From Oligoflexia bacterium (lineage in GTDB: Bacteria > Bdellovibrionota > Bdellovibrionia > JABDDW01), in the NCBI GenBank assembly GCA_023250675.1, contig JAHFAE010000003.1:4311-68310 (forward strand): a DNA stretch of 64,000 bases, in the 5' to 3' direction. This document shows, piece after piece, positions 36,963 to 47,439 of this stretch; the stretch's first letter is position 1, and every line of letters starts with the position of its first letter. A program made the translations under genes and the position numbers. The notes below the pieces were generated by a model. It ran no database searches, was not told the DNA's origin, and saw only the letters and a list, made by a program, of their open reading frames with translations.

Positions 36963-38513
36963 TCAGGTTTCTTCTTTGGAGGGCTCAACTACTTTACCCC
37001 AAGCCCCGCCGCCCGGAGTGTTAATGACGAGAGTGTCATTGGGTTTTACTGCAAATACATTTTTCTCATTGTGAAGTTTCTTTTTTTCGCCAGACCTATT
37101 CAAGATATTTTCGCCCGATAGCCCAGCACTTCCTCCAAAAATCCCATGGGGTTTGTAGTCTCGACGATCAGAGAGCATCATGACAAATCCAGGTTCTAAA
37201 AATTTATAACCCCGAGATAAACCGTCTCCACCTTTATGCCGTCCTTCACCGCCAGACCCGTCCCTGATTCCCGAATGGATAACTTGAATAGGGTAATCGG
37301 ATTCGATATCTTCGATAGAAGATGCGGGAGTATTATGAAGACTGGCATTGATGGCGTCGGACCCGTCTTTAGATTTAGAAGCACCTGCGCCTGAGCCCAA
37401 AGTATCGATCATGACTTTATCTTTAAATTTCATTAATGTAATATTTGACGAACTCCCATTCAAAGCAGGAGTTTCAAGAGGTAAAGCCTTACTCAAGCAT
37501 CCAATGAGGACATCGGCGATTCGGTTAGAAGTTTCATAATATCCGCCCAACATAGGGGCCGGCCCTGTTCCGTTGACAATTGTTCCTTCGGGGGCTTCCA
37601 CCACAAAGGCGTTGAACGCACCACTGTTAATGGGAATATCATGTTTTAAAAGGCATCTAAAAAACCAAAAACAAGTACTTAGCGTCATGGCGTAATTGCA
37701 ATTAAACGGGCCCTTAACTTGTTTTGAGCTACCTTGAAAACTCACCAAAATATTCTCGCCCTGAACGCTGAGTCGACATTGAATACGCACGGGAGTTTTT
37801 TCTATACCGTCGTTATCCAGAAAATCATGGGCTGTATACTCGCCATCGGGTATTTCATGAATTGCCTTTTTCATGGATTTTTCAGAATATTTTCTTAAAG
37901 CAGCTATCCCTGAATTCAATTTCTCTGCTCCCATTTGAGTTTCAAGAAGCGAGAGTCGGTGGATGGCAGTTTTCAACGATGACTTAGCTTCATTGACCTT
38001 TTGAATGAGGTTATCCCTAGAAATTCCTGCCTGACAAAGATAGTCAACGATGGCCTCATTTAAACCGTTTTCGTCTTCGAACGGCGCAGGCGGAACTCGA
38101 AACCCCTCGTCTTCAATAGACGTTGCCATTTTATCTAGTTTTTTGTTTAAAAGCGTAGGCACACCGATTTGAAGGACAAGATAGTATCTCAAATCCCCCG
38201 CTTGGGAGCGCCCATAACAAGCTTGGATAAACAAGAGATCACAGAGTCTTGTATTACCGCTCCCCGGATCATTGGTAACAAAAAGTTCGCCGACCTTCGG
38301 AACCACATATTTTTTTAACGATTTAATAACAGCTTCAGGAGTTGCAAAATGAAGTGGGTCGCTGCCGATTACTTGAACCAATTCTCCCTTAGAATCAACT
38401 ATGGCGCCTGTGAGTTCACCAGAAAACGGAGCGACTAGAGACTTAAGAACAGAATTTAATTTAGTATTGAGCTCTTGCATTTGAAAACTATCAAGGCTCA
38501 TGGGTTTCACCAT
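36963..38513 (-). CDS. Hydantoinase B/oxoprolinase family protein (degenerate metal site)
   Basis: TNDPGSG, GSGGEGRHKGGDG, TPGGGAWG. Confidence 0.8.
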   Translation of the reverse strand: MVKPMSLDSFQMQELNTKLNSVLKSLVAPFSGELTGAIVDSKGELVQVIGSDPLHFATPEAVIKSLKKYVVPKVGELFVTNDPGSGNTRLCDLLFIQACYGRSQAGDLRYYLVLQIGVPTLLNKKLDKMATSIEDEGFRVPPAPFEDENGLNEAIVDYLCQAGISRDNLIQKVNEAKSSLKTAIHRLSLLETQMGAEKLNSGIAALRKYSEKSMKKAIHEIPDGEYTAHDFLDNDGIEKTPVRIQCRLSVQGENILVSFQGSSKQVKGPFNCNYAMTLSTCFWFFRCLLKHDIPINSGAFNAFVVEAPEGTIVNGTGPAPMLGGYYETSNRIADVLIGCLSKALPLETPALNGSSSNITLMKFKDKVMIDTLGSGAGASKSKDGSDAINASLHNTPASSIEDIESDYPIQVIHSGIRDGSGGEGRHKGGDGLSRGYKFLEPGFVMMLSDRRDYKPHGIFGGSAGLSGENILNRSGEKKKLHNEKNVFAVKPNDTLVINTPGGGAWGKVVEPSKEET

Positions 38514-39837
38514 CTAGAATTTTAGAAGAAAATTTGCACGAACCACGTTCCGTTAGTTTTTCAAAGGCGCCCTTGGGGATTTCTTTTAGTAAACCTATGG
38601 TGGGACTCCACTGACTCAAAACCTCAACGTCAAATTTTCTGAAAGCTGATTTAGAAATTATAGGAGTAGCCATAAGATTGGCGAACCAGCCGTCGAATGT
38701 AACTTTACAATCGACATGAGAAAAATGAAACTCCTCCATCAAAAGGGATATTTCGGTAGCAATATATACAGCTCCTAGTTCATTAAACATCTCAGCGCAC
38801 GATTCCGGAGTGACCCGAAGCTGTTTTGCCAAAGGCGCTAGCACTCTTTGAACGCGGGACTGATCAAATTTTATCCGAGGAGAATCGTCCAAAGTCAGTT
38901 TAGAAGAATAAGCCAAAGTATCAAAATAAGTCAGGGCAAGCCCTTTTCCTAAAATCACCGGTCCGGGTTCACTGCCCACTTTGGCTGGCCCTACATGTGC
39001 CATACCGGCTTCGTCTAATCCCATCATACTTAAAGGTGAAACCTTTAGTCTTTTTCGTGCAATACGTTTACCATCGCGAACCAGCGCTGTAATAATACGA
39101 TCTTCAAGACAAGTAATAAAAATTTGGTCTCCATCACCGGATTTTCTAAAATCAGCCGCCAGATCAATATTTTTCTTTGTGAATCCCAATTTTTCAAATT
39201 CGTTGTGAAATTCTTCTAGCACGGGACCTATGAATGACTTTTGTGCTGCCTTTTTAAAGCGCACTTGCTCGTTACCTTCAAACTCATGAGAACAAGAGAC
39301 AAAATATCCCTTTTCACGGACTCGGCTCGCCAGTTGTAATTCGTGTGACTTGTTTTTATTAGAGTGGAGTAAACAGATGGCTATGGATTTAATTTCACTT
39401 AAACTCAATTTACTTAAGACAAAATCAATCTCTTTTTCGTCGAGATTCACTTCAACCAAACCATTTGCAAGAGTTCGTTCAGTCACTCCAAACGAAAGAT
39501 CGTGAGAAATGAGAGGAGTAGGTTTTGAAGGTTGGAAGCTAAATAATTTCTCTCTGGATTGATTTCCAATTTCTAAAACATTTTCGAACCCCTCAGTTGC
39601 TAGGAGTGCCGTGGTGGCCCCCCATCGTTCGCGCAGAGCAACGCGCTCAAAGTCTGATGAAATGGCAAGGACTACGGTGGTTCTGTCAATGGGGGGAAGA
39701 GTGACTAAGGCTTCGTTAAAGCCACTAATAAGAGAATCTTTGCGGTTGGCCGAACGACAGGCGAAGGCCTGCTTTCCATCGGTTGCAACAAGATCGACAA
39801 ACATTTCGCGGATATTTGCGGCTATTTGCCACGACAT
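38491..39837 (-). CDS. Hydantoinase A/oxoprolinase N-terminal family protein (shortened, degenerate)
   Basis: GATTALLATEGFENVLEIGNQSR, AICLLHS, GSEPGP. Confidence 0.7.
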   Translation of the reverse strand: MSWQIAANIREMFVDLVATDGKQAFACRSANRKDSLISGFNEALVTLPPIDRTTVVLAISSDFERVALRERWGATTALLATEGFENVLEIGNQSREKLFSFQPSKPTPLISHDLSFGVTERTLANGLVEVNLDEKEIDFVLSKLSLSEIKSIAICLLHSNKNKSHELQLASRVREKGYFVSCSHEFEGNEQVRFKKAAQKSFIGPVLEEFHNEFEKLGFTKKNIDLAADFRKSGDGDQIFITCLEDRIITALVRDGKRIARKRLKVSPLSMMGLDEAGMAHVGPAKVGSEPGPVILGKGLALTYFDTLAYSSKLTLDDSPRIKFDQSRVQRVLAPLAKQLRVTPESCAEMFNELGAVYIATEISLLMEEFHFSHVDCKVTFDGWFANLMATPIISKSAFRKFDVEVLSQWSPTIGLLKEIPKGAFEKLTERGSCKFSSKILDGETHEP

Positions 39838-39916
39838 TTCTTGACTCCTGACTAAGTGGCGATAGATTATGTGAGCAATTACAGTGATTCAAGAAAACAA
39901 TTAACGGGGAATCTCT

Positions 39917-40588
39917 TTGAATTCATTTGTGGTCACCATCGATGGGCCCGCGGGAAGCGGCAAGTCCACAGTAAGCGCTATGCTTGCAAAGCGCTTGAAA
40001 TTTAGGTTTTTGACTACGGGGGCGTTCTATCGGGGCCTCGCTATTCTTTGTAGCCAGAAAAATGCTGATCTTCATGACGCGGCAGCTGTGGTTCGTCTCG
40101 TTGAAAAACCAGGAATCCAAGTCACTGCCGACGAAAATGGTACTCAAGTTAGAATCGAAGGAAAAAATGTTTCAGACCAACTTAATTCTGAAAAAGTAGC
40201 GGCCATCGCAAGTAAAATCTCGAGTATCCCCGAAGTAAGAAAAGCACTCCTTCAAGCTCAACGTGAATTTCAATCCACCGGTGGGTTAATTGCTGAAGGC
40301 CGAGATTGTGGAACGGTGGTTTTTCCCGACGCCCAAGTAAAAATTTTTCTTACGGCAAATCTTGACACAAGGGTTATGCGACGTTCTATCGAGGTAAAAT
40401 CTTCTAACAGCAATGATTTGGCTAAAGATCTGGCCAATCGCGACCAAGCCGATACCCAAAGAAAAGTAGCCCCGCTGTCGAAGGCCATCGATGCGGTTGA
40501 AATAGATACGTCTTCCTTGAGTATTGGACAAGTTGCTGATAGAATCGAGGCCATAGTGAGGGATAAGTGGCGTCAACACAAGATTTAG
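39917..40588 (+). CDS. cmk: Cytidylate kinase
   Basis: IDGPAGSGKST, EGRDCGTVVFPDA. Confidence 0.95.
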   Translation: MNSFVVTIDGPAGSGKSTVSAMLAKRLKFRFLTTGAFYRGLAILCSQKNADLHDAAAVVRLVEKPGIQVTADENGTQVRIEGKNVSDQLNSEKVAAIASKISSIPEVRKALLQAQREFQSTGGLIAEGRDCGTVVFPDAQVKIFLTANLDTRVMRRSIEVKSSNSNDLAKDLANRDQADTQRKVAPLSKAIDAVEIDTSSLSIGQVADRIEAIVRDKWRQHKI

Positions 40589-41487
40589 GCCTTAACGAAC
40601 CTGAGATTGAACAAACTCATCAGCTTTCGACCCAAACTAAGAAATTTGAAATTCGAATCGCAAAAACAGCCGGCATTTGTTTTGGCGTCGAACGAGCTCT
40701 AAATCTAAGTGAAAAGGCTATCAAAGAAAAATCAGGTCCATTGGCGTCTTTGGGTCCAATTATTCATAATCCTCAAAAAGTTGCAGAGTTATCAGAGCGT
40801 GGAATGGATGTGGCAGAAGATCTCAGCTCCCTATCGGGGACCGTTGTTTTTAGAAGCCATGGAGTTCCTATTGAAACTCAAAGTCTGGCTTTAGCCCGCG
40901 GACTAAATATTGTTGATGCAACATGCCCCTTAGTGAAAGTTCCCCAAAATTTTGCTCGTAAACTCTCCCAAAACGGATATTTCGTTGTCATTGTGGGTGA
41001 CAAGGCTCATCCCGAGATTAAAGGTGTGATGAGCTATGTTCAAAATGGTGAGGTCGCCGTCATTAAATCCGAAGCCGAAGTTCAGGGGCTGCCTGAAAAA
41101 GAAAAGGTAGGAATTATTTGCCAAACAACTCTTAATAAAAGTGTATTTGAAAGGGTGATTGAAAAGTGCCGTGCTCGATTTAAAGAAGTTAAAGTTTATA
41201 ATACTATTTGTAGCGCTACCCGCGATCGCCAGGCCGCAGCTGCTGAATTGGCAGTGGAAGCGGATTGCATGATCGTTATTGGTGGCAGAAATTCATCTAA
41301 TACCCAAAAACTTCTAGATATTTGCAAAGATTCTTTGTCGCGGGCTTTTTTAGTTGAAACCCAAGAAGAAATTAGGCCCGAATGGCTAGAAGGCTCCAAA
41401 GTTGTTGGCATCACAGCAGGCGCCAGCACGCCCCACCTCTTGATTGAAAAAATCAGGGGTTGCCTGGCCCAAATGGGGAACGCCTAA
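40567..41487 (+). CDS. ispH: 4-hydroxy-3-methylbut-2-enyl diphosphate reductase
   Basis: GICFGV, IIHN, DATCP, TICSAT, SSNT, TAGASTP. Confidence 0.95.
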   Translation: MASTQDLGLNEPEIEQTHQLSTQTKKFEIRIAKTAGICFGVERALNLSEKAIKEKSGPLASLGPIIHNPQKVAELSERGMDVAEDLSSLSGTVVFRSHGVPIETQSLALARGLNIVDATCPLVKVPQNFARKLSQNGYFVVIVGDKAHPEIKGVMSYVQNGEVAVIKSEAEVQGLPEKEKVGIICQTTLNKSVFERVIEKCRARFKEVKVYNTICSATRDRQAAAAELAVEADCMIVIGGRNSSNTQKLLDICKDSLSRAFLVETQEEIRPEWLEGSKVVGITAGASTPHLLIEKIRGCLAQMGNA

Positions 41488-41607
41488 TTATTCCCATAAA
41501 CCCTTTGACTTTAAACACTTAGCTCCTGTATAAATGTCGATTCCGAGCAAAGAAAAAAGAGGCATAATGGTGTGCCCCGTAACCCTTCGCTTGAGAGAGA
41601 TTTTCTG

Positions 41608-43422
41608 ATGACTCCTACTGAATCCCCCTTAAAAAAAGGCGAAAAAATGTCCAAAGCCGAAGCGGCTCGTCGCGCTGTATTGGCAGAACTTGAAGCCGAA
41701 GAAGCCAAAGAAAGTAATGGCAAAGATAAATCAAACACTTTTGCTGAACTATTTGAAGCCAGTGTTAAAGAACGCGATTTCAATGTGGGCGATGTGGTTT
41801 CTGGCCGTGTGCTTGAAGTTAACTCAGATTTTGTCTTAGTAGATATCAATTATAAGTCAGAGGGTTTGATTCCCTTTAGCGAATTCCAAACAGCTGAAGG
41901 CAAACCCGATATTAAACCCGGCGACGCTGTTCAGGTTTATATAGATAAAGTGGAAAATGAAAATGGCATGGTCGTTTTGTCAAAAGACAAAGCCGACATG
42001 CTTAAAGCGTGGAATGATATCAGCCAAGCCTGCGAGCGCGAAGAGCTTGTTGAAGGCACGATCATCGCAAAAGTCAAAGGCGGTTTAAGTGTTGATATTG
42101 GAGTTAAAGCATTTTTGCCCGGCTCACAAATTGATTTAAGGCCTGTAAGAAACTTAGATCAGTTTTTGGGTAAAAAACTAAAATTTAAAGTTATTAAATT
42201 TAATAAAAAGCGGGGCAACATTGTACTGTCCAGGCGAGCTCTTCTTGAAAAAGAGAGAGAACACCTTAAGCACCAAACACTAGAAACAATAAGAGAAGGC
42301 CAAATAGTAGATGGTATTGTGAAAAACATTACAGATTACGGCGCGTTTATTGATTTGGGTGGAATGGATGGACTCCTTCATATCACCGATATGAGTTGGG
42401 GCCGTGTGAAACATCCCTCTCAAATTCTCAACATTGGAGATGAAATTAAGGTAAAAGTTCTCAAATACGACACTGAGCGAGAGCGAGTGAGCCTAGGACT
42501 TAAGCAATTACAACCCGATCCGTGGGAGAACGTTCAGGCCCGATACGCCGTTAGTCAAAAACTTTCAGGCAAAATTGTGAGTCTAGCTGACTACGGTGCT
42601 TTTGTAGAACTTGAAGAGGGTGTAGAAGGTCTCATTCACGTTTCTGAGATGAGTTGGACACAAAGAGTAAAGCACCCTTCAAAAATTGTGGCCATTGATG
42701 ACACAGTGAATGTCATTGTTTTAGATGTAGATATTGCTAATCGTCGAATCAGCCTTGGAATGAAGCAACTTGAAGTAAATCCCTGGGTTGCCCTCAAAGA
42801 CAAGTATCCTTCAGGAACTGTTATTGAAGGCCAAATTAAATCTATCACAGACTTTGGTATCTTTATCGGCATTGAAGAAGGAATCGATGGGCTAGTCCAC
42901 ATCAGTGATTTCTCGTGGACAAAGCGAGTGAACCACCCCTCAGAAGTTTATAAAAAAGGCGATATGGTTAAAGCAGTTGTTTTGGCCGTAGATATGGAAA
43001 ATGAGCGCTTCAGCCTTGGGATCAAGCAATTAGAAAAAGATCCGTGGGCTGATGTGGCACAGAAGTATTCTGTTGGCACTCAGCTTGAAGTAAAAGTCAC
43101 GAAGACTGCAGATTTTGGCATCTTTGTTGAGCTCGAACCTGAAATCGAAGGTCTCATTCATATTAGCGAACTTTCTATGGAGCGTGTGGAAAAAACTGAA
43201 GATGTGGCTAAGCCCGGTGACACTCTAAGGGCTGAAGTTATCAGTATTGATCGAGATGCTCGAAAGATTGGTTTAAGTGCGAAGCAAGTCACGGTCAAGG
43301 GTGATCGGGCAGAAATTCAAAAATACTCCTCTGGAAGTGGGGCCAAAGGTTCGGCAAAAACAAGTCTTGGGGATTTGTTTGGCGACCAGCTTAAACCCAT
43401 AAAACCAGACGAAAAGAACTAA
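41608..43422 (+). CDS. rpsA: 30S ribosomal protein S1
   Basis: Six S1 repeats (AFLPGSQID, DGLLHITDMSW); start uncertain (41572, 41608 or 41647). Confidence 0.96.
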   Translation: MTPTESPLKKGEKMSKAEAARRAVLAELEAEEAKESNGKDKSNTFAELFEASVKERDFNVGDVVSGRVLEVNSDFVLVDINYKSEGLIPFSEFQTAEGKPDIKPGDAVQVYIDKVENENGMVVLSKDKADMLKAWNDISQACEREELVEGTIIAKVKGGLSVDIGVKAFLPGSQIDLRPVRNLDQFLGKKLKFKVIKFNKKRGNIVLSRRALLEKEREHLKHQTLETIREGQIVDGIVKNITDYGAFIDLGGMDGLLHITDMSWGRVKHPSQILNIGDEIKVKVLKYDTERERVSLGLKQLQPDPWENVQARYAVSQKLSGKIVSLADYGAFVELEEGVEGLIHVSEMSWTQRVKHPSKIVAIDDTVNVIVLDVDIANRRISLGMKQLEVNPWVALKDKYPSGTVIEGQIKSITDFGIFIGIEEGIDGLVHISDFSWTKRVNHPSEVYKKGDMVKAVVLAVDMENERFSLGIKQLEKDPWADVAQKYSVGTQLEVKVTKTADFGIFVELEPEIEGLIHISELSMERVEKTEDVAKPGDTLRAEVISIDRDARKIGLSAKQVTVKGDRAEIQKYSSGSGAKGSAKTSLGDLFGDQLKPIKPDEKN

Positions 43423-43428
43423 GAATTT

Positions 43429-43458
43429 GGGCCACCATTTGGTGGCCTTATTTTTTCT
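43429..43458 (+). terminator. Rho-independent terminator after rpsA
   Basis: GGCCACCA-TT-TGGTGGCC followed by a T-rich tract. Confidence 0.7.
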
Positions 43459-43478
43459 TAACTTTAATTAGGTGAAAA

Positions 43479-44396
43479 ATGAAAAAAAATCCCTGGGTCA
43501 TTGCATTCTCATTGATTGGACTTTGTTTTGTCTTGGTCTTAATTGCGTTTGGTGCCGCCATGTATACGGCGTTTGGGGAGAGAAATCCCTCCGTCGCCAA
43601 TAACTCGGTTTTAGTTTTAGAGGTTAAGGGGGTCATAATGGAGAGTAAGACCTTCATTAAACTTCTACAAAAATACCGCGATGATCGAGATATCAAAGCC
43701 ATTGTCATCTATTTTAATTCACCTGGCGGCGTAGTGGGCCCCAGCCAAGAAATGTACGATGAAGTTTTAAAGACAAAACAAATGGGTAAACATGTTGTGG
43801 CAAGTCTTGGCAGTTTAGCTGCCAGTGGAGCTTATTATGTAGCAGCAGCATGTGAAAAAATTGTGACTAATCCCGGGACCATCACCGGTAGTATCGGTGT
43901 CATCATGGAATTTGCAAACTTGAGTAGACTCTATGATTGGGCAAAAATTGAACGCTATGTTGTAAAGAGTGGCCCCTATAAAGATATTGGAAGTGAATTT
44001 CGGACGATGACTCCAACAGAAAAAAGTATTGTTCAAAACATGATTGATAATGTCTATTCCCAATTTAAACGAGCCGTAGCTACGGGGCGTGGAATGAAGC
44101 TAGAAGACGTGGCTAAACTTGCCGATGGTCGAATCTATAGTGGTGAGCAGGCCGTAAAAAATGGGCTTGCTGATAGCTTGGGGGGTCTTCAAGAGGCCGT
44201 AGAGCAAGCGGCAAAATTAGCTGGAGTAAAAGGAAAACCAGAGATGTTTTTCCCCCAGCAGCATCATCGTCGTATTTGGGATTATATTATGGAAAAAGAT
44301 GAAGATGATGATCTCTTCGGGGCTATTACGAAAAGAATTTTTGGATTAGATCTTGTCGGCAAACCACTTTTTTTAATGTCGGGATTTAGATTTTGA
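43479..44396 (+). CDS. sppA: Signal peptide peptidase SppA (S49)
   Basis: NSPGG, AASGAYY, TGSIGV, KSGPYKD. Confidence 0.92.
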   Translation: MKKNPWVIAFSLIGLCFVLVLIAFGAAMYTAFGERNPSVANNSVLVLEVKGVIMESKTFIKLLQKYRDDRDIKAIVIYFNSPGGVVGPSQEMYDEVLKTKQMGKHVVASLGSLAASGAYYVAAACEKIVTNPGTITGSIGVIMEFANLSRLYDWAKIERYVVKSGPYKDIGSEFRTMTPTEKSIVQNMIDNVYSQFKRAVATGRGMKLEDVAKLADGRIYSGEQAVKNGLADSLGGLQEAVEQAAKLAGVKGKPEMFFPQQHHRRIWDYIMEKDEDDDLFGAITKRIFGLDLVGKPLFLMSGFRF

Positions 44397-44421
44397 ATTT
44401 AAAACTGAAACTGAAAAGAAG

Positions 44422-44964
44422 ATGAAAAAGACTGAAAAGAAAGTTGAATTTAAATCTCCAAAGAGTACTGATGAAAATCCGCGATTACCGGTGATATTTG
44501 CTCCATGGCGAAATTCATATATAAAACGAGATCAAAGCTTAAAGGGCTGTGTATTTTGTGATGGTCTAAAAAAAGGTGTGAGTTTTGAATCTCTCATTGT
44601 TTACAGCGCAAAAACTTGTTCGATATTCTTAAATAAATTTCCTTACAATAATGGGCATCTCTTGGTTATCCCCCATCGCCATACTCCAGATCTAGCTTCT
44701 CTGAATAAAGAAGAATTCAACGAGCTTCATGAAGTTTTGCTAAAAGCTCATAGCGCCATTATTAAATCTCATAACCCCCAAGGTATTAATATTGGCCTGA
44801 ATTTGGGCCGGGCCGCTGGCGCGGGTATCATTGACCACTTGCATTATCACCTAGTGCCCCGTTGGAGCGGAGATACTAATTTCATGCCCATTATAGGTGG
44901 GACAAAAGTCATTTCTGAAGAACTTGAGCAAACCTACAATAAACTGTTACCCTTGTTAGTATGA
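44422..44964 (+). CDS. HIT family hydrolase
   Basis: APWR, CVFC, NKFPYNNGH, HLHYHLVPRW. Confidence 0.9.
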   Translation: MKKTEKKVEFKSPKSTDENPRLPVIFAPWRNSYIKRDQSLKGCVFCDGLKKGVSFESLIVYSAKTCSIFLNKFPYNNGHLLVIPHRHTPDLASLNKEEFNELHEVLLKAHSAIIKSHNPQGINIGLNLGRAAGAGIIDHLHYHLVPRWSGDTNFMPIIGGTKVISEELEQTYNKLLPLLV

Positions 44965-45377
44965 ATGCGCCCGAAATTGAAGTCGATCATATTGGAATTG
45001 CTGTGGAGACCCATGGTGGGCTTAGGTTTTGGGAGTTATTAGGATTAGAAAAAAATGCTCCCGTAGAATTAGTTCAAGACCAAAAAGTCAAAGTCAAAAT
45101 GCTTCCCATGAAAAATTCGGCAAACTTAGAATTTCTTGAACCCACTGAATCTGCCAGCACCGTCGCAAAATTTATTACAAAACGGGGGCCTGGAATTCAC
45201 CATGTTTGCCTTAGGGTAAAAAATATTGAAGAAGTACTAAGAAAATTAAAAGGCGGAGGCATTAAACTCATAAACGAAACGCCAGTTGCTGGGGCAAATG
45301 GAGCGCGGGTGGCGTTTGTTCATCCTTCGTCAACTGGGGGAGTACTTGTTGAACTTTCTCAAAGTTTGGGCCATTAA
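44961..45377 (+). CDS. mce: Methylmalonyl-CoA epimerase (VOC family)
   Basis: DHIGIAV, GPGIHHVC, FVHP..TGGVLVEL. Confidence 0.88.
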   Translation: MNAPEIEVDHIGIAVETHGGLRFWELLGLEKNAPVELVQDQKVKVKMLPMKNSANLEFLEPTESASTVAKFITKRGPGIHHVCLRVKNIEEVLRKLKGGGIKLINETPVAGANGARVAFVHPSSTGGVLVELSQSLGH

Positions 45378-46157
45378 ATGGTGAGAAGACAGGTCCCTCC
45401 GGAGTTTCAACAGATAATGCCATTAACAGAGGTTGTAAAAGTGCTCATTATAACTACTGTTAGCATTTGGTTTGTAGGAAACGTCGTAGTAGAACAATAC
45501 TTACTTTCTGAACCAAGAATCACCATGTTTTTCGCGCTTACGCCTCTCAGTCTGGTCAGAGATTTTTATATTTGGCAGCCCGTTACCTACCTTTTCGTTC
45601 ATTCGCCAAATCCCATGCATATCATTTTCAATCTACTTCTCTTGTGGTGGCTGGGAAGTGAGCTTGAGAGGCTCTGGGGTGGGCGGTTTTTTACACTATT
45701 TTATTTTGTTTCAGGTGTTGGGGCAGGGCTTCTTTATTGCCTTGGAGCTTTTATCTACGCCCTTGTTTCGACCCGCTCAGAAGTTATGATCGGTCTTTCA
45801 ACGCCGGTTATCGGCGCGTCATCTGCCATATTTGGCCTTATGGTGGCTTACGGGATGGTTTTTGGGGAGCGGGTGGTGTATTTCATGTTCTTTTTCCCCA
45901 TGAAATCCAAGTATTTTGTGGCTATTTTAGGGGCTATTGAAGTCGTCTTAATCTTGAACAATGGCCTTGTTCAGGGTAAGGTGGCCAACCTAGCACATGT
46001 TTGTGGACTGGTTTCAGGGTATGTTTTCTTGAAAGTTTGGCCCTATTTTGGCGGCGGTCGGTCGGGAACAACTAAGAAACCCAAGTCTCGAAAACTAAAG
46101 TTAGTGGTTAATAACGAAGAGTTTACTGAAAACGAAAAGCCCAAGTATTGGAATTGA
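45378..46157 (+). CDS. Rhomboid family intramembrane serine protease
   Basis: WQPVTY.F.H, HIIFN, GAS, AHVCG. Confidence 0.88.
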   Translation: MVRRQVPPEFQQIMPLTEVVKVLIITTVSIWFVGNVVVEQYLLSEPRITMFFALTPLSLVRDFYIWQPVTYLFVHSPNPMHIIFNLLLLWWLGSELERLWGGRFFTLFYFVSGVGAGLLYCLGAFIYALVSTRSEVMIGLSTPVIGASSAIFGLMVAYGMVFGERVVYFMFFFPMKSKYFVAILGAIEVVLILNNGLVQGKVANLAHVCGLVSGYVFLKVWPYFGGGRSGTTKKPKSRKLKLVVNNEEFTENEKPKYWN

Positions 46158-46175
46158 CATAGGAGATTTTTAAAA

Positions 46176-46460
46176 ATGGCAAAACTAAATGTAAATCCCT
46201 TTGAATTTGATTCTCGAATGATGGAGTGGAATTTAAAACATAACACCATCACCAAAGAACAATTGAATACTTACCTTGCGAGTCTTCCTGACGACGCGGC
46301 CAATGCAGAAGCTCTTGAAATTAAAGAAGAAGCTCCACCTCGTTACACCTCGCCTCATTTAATGATGGAATCCAATGGCAGCAACGGATCCCATGACGAG
46401 TATGGCGACGAAGATTTTGATGGCGATGACGACTTGGCTGACGATACGGACAAAGCCTAA
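46176..46460 (+). CDS. Small hypothetical protein with acidic tail
   Basis: AGGAG RBS; FDSR...YLASLPD; D/E-rich C-terminus. Confidence 0.7.
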   Translation: MAKLNVNPFEFDSRMMEWNLKHNTITKEQLNTYLASLPDDAANAEALEIKEEAPPRYTSPHLMMESNGSNGSHDEYGDEDFDGDDDLADDTDKA

Positions 46461-46470
46461 GAATTTCATT

Positions 46471-46725
46471 TTGCTTAAGCCATTTGTTTTCTTTGCAATA
46501 AAATCTTATAGAATCTTAGCCTTTGTACTTTTGGGGCCATTCGTTTTTGAATGGGCGTTTGCAATGCCCGAATATTCAGTGCGTGAAGGCAAGCAGTGCA
46601 TCTACTGCCATGTGAATGCCAAAGGTGGCCCTTTGAATGCTCGGGGACGCTACTATGGTGAACACTTTAACTTTGATGGTTTTGCGGCCAAGAAAAAGCA
46701 TAGGAGAGCTAAAGTTTCTCGCTGA
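46471..46725 (+). CDS. Small secreted monoheme c-type cytochrome
   Basis: Signal-like segment ending AFA followed by CIYCH; start uncertain (TTG 46471). Confidence 0.55.
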   Translation: MLKPFVFFAIKSYRILAFVLLGPFVFEWAFAMPEYSVREGKQCIYCHVNAKGGPLNARGRYYGEHFNFDGFAAKKKHRRAKVSR

Positions 46726-46790
46726 GATCAGAATTGTTTGATTTGCCATTGAGGGCCCCAATTAACTGACACTGGTACAATAATCATTCC

Positions 46791-46819
46791 TTGACCATCT
46801 TCTTTTAGAGTCCTATAAA
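46791..46819 (+). promoter_or_regulatory. Putative sigma70 promoter of ssb
   Basis: TTGACC-N17-TATAAA. Confidence 0.5.
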
Positions 46820-46851
46820 ATCTCTGAAACTAAGTCATTGGAGGTTCACAT

Positions 46852-47316
46852 ATGTCAGGTGTAAATAAAGTCATTATTGTTGGTCGTCTAGGTACAGATC
46901 CAGAATTGCGCTACACTCCCGGTGGACAAGCTGTAGCCAAACTCAGCGTCGCCACCAGTGAGAACTGGAACGACAAACAAGGACAAAAACAAGAACGCAC
47001 CGAATGGCACCGCGTGGTGGTCTGGGGAAAATTGGCTGAAGTCTGTGGCCAACATCTTTCAAAGGGTCGCCAAGTTTATGTTGAAGGACGCCTTCAAACC
47101 CGTTCGTGGGACGATAAAACTTCGGGGCAGAAAAAATATGCCACTGAAATTGTCGCCAACACTGTTCAATTCCTAGGTGCAGCAACAGGTGGAGCCGCCG
47201 GTGCAGGGGTCGCAAGTCGCGGTCCTGAAGCTGAAGCAAGTGGTAAAACTACAGAATCCGATGTGGGTTTTGTGCCTGAGCCAGCATTTGATTCAGACGA
47301 AGAAATTCCTTTTTAA
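46852..47316 (+). CDS. ssb: Single-stranded DNA-binding protein
   Basis: [21 protein letters not shown], terminal DEEIPF. Confidence 0.97.
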   Translation: MSGVNKVIIVGRLGTDPELRYTPGGQAVAKLSVATSENWNDKQGQKQERTEWHRVVVWGKLAEVCGQHLSKGRQVYVEGRLQTRSWDDKTSGQKKYATEIVANTVQFLGAATGGAAGAGVASRGPEAEASGKTTESDVGFVPEPAFDSDEEIPF

Positions 47317-47439
47317 AACCGTCTAGAATATCGACATTTTGGATCAAACACTTTTTGGTTTGAGCCTATTAATAACGCCATGTTCTGGGCTATACTAAGG
47401 TCAAGGTAATTTGCTTTGTTACCGGGGGGGACTGTTTGT

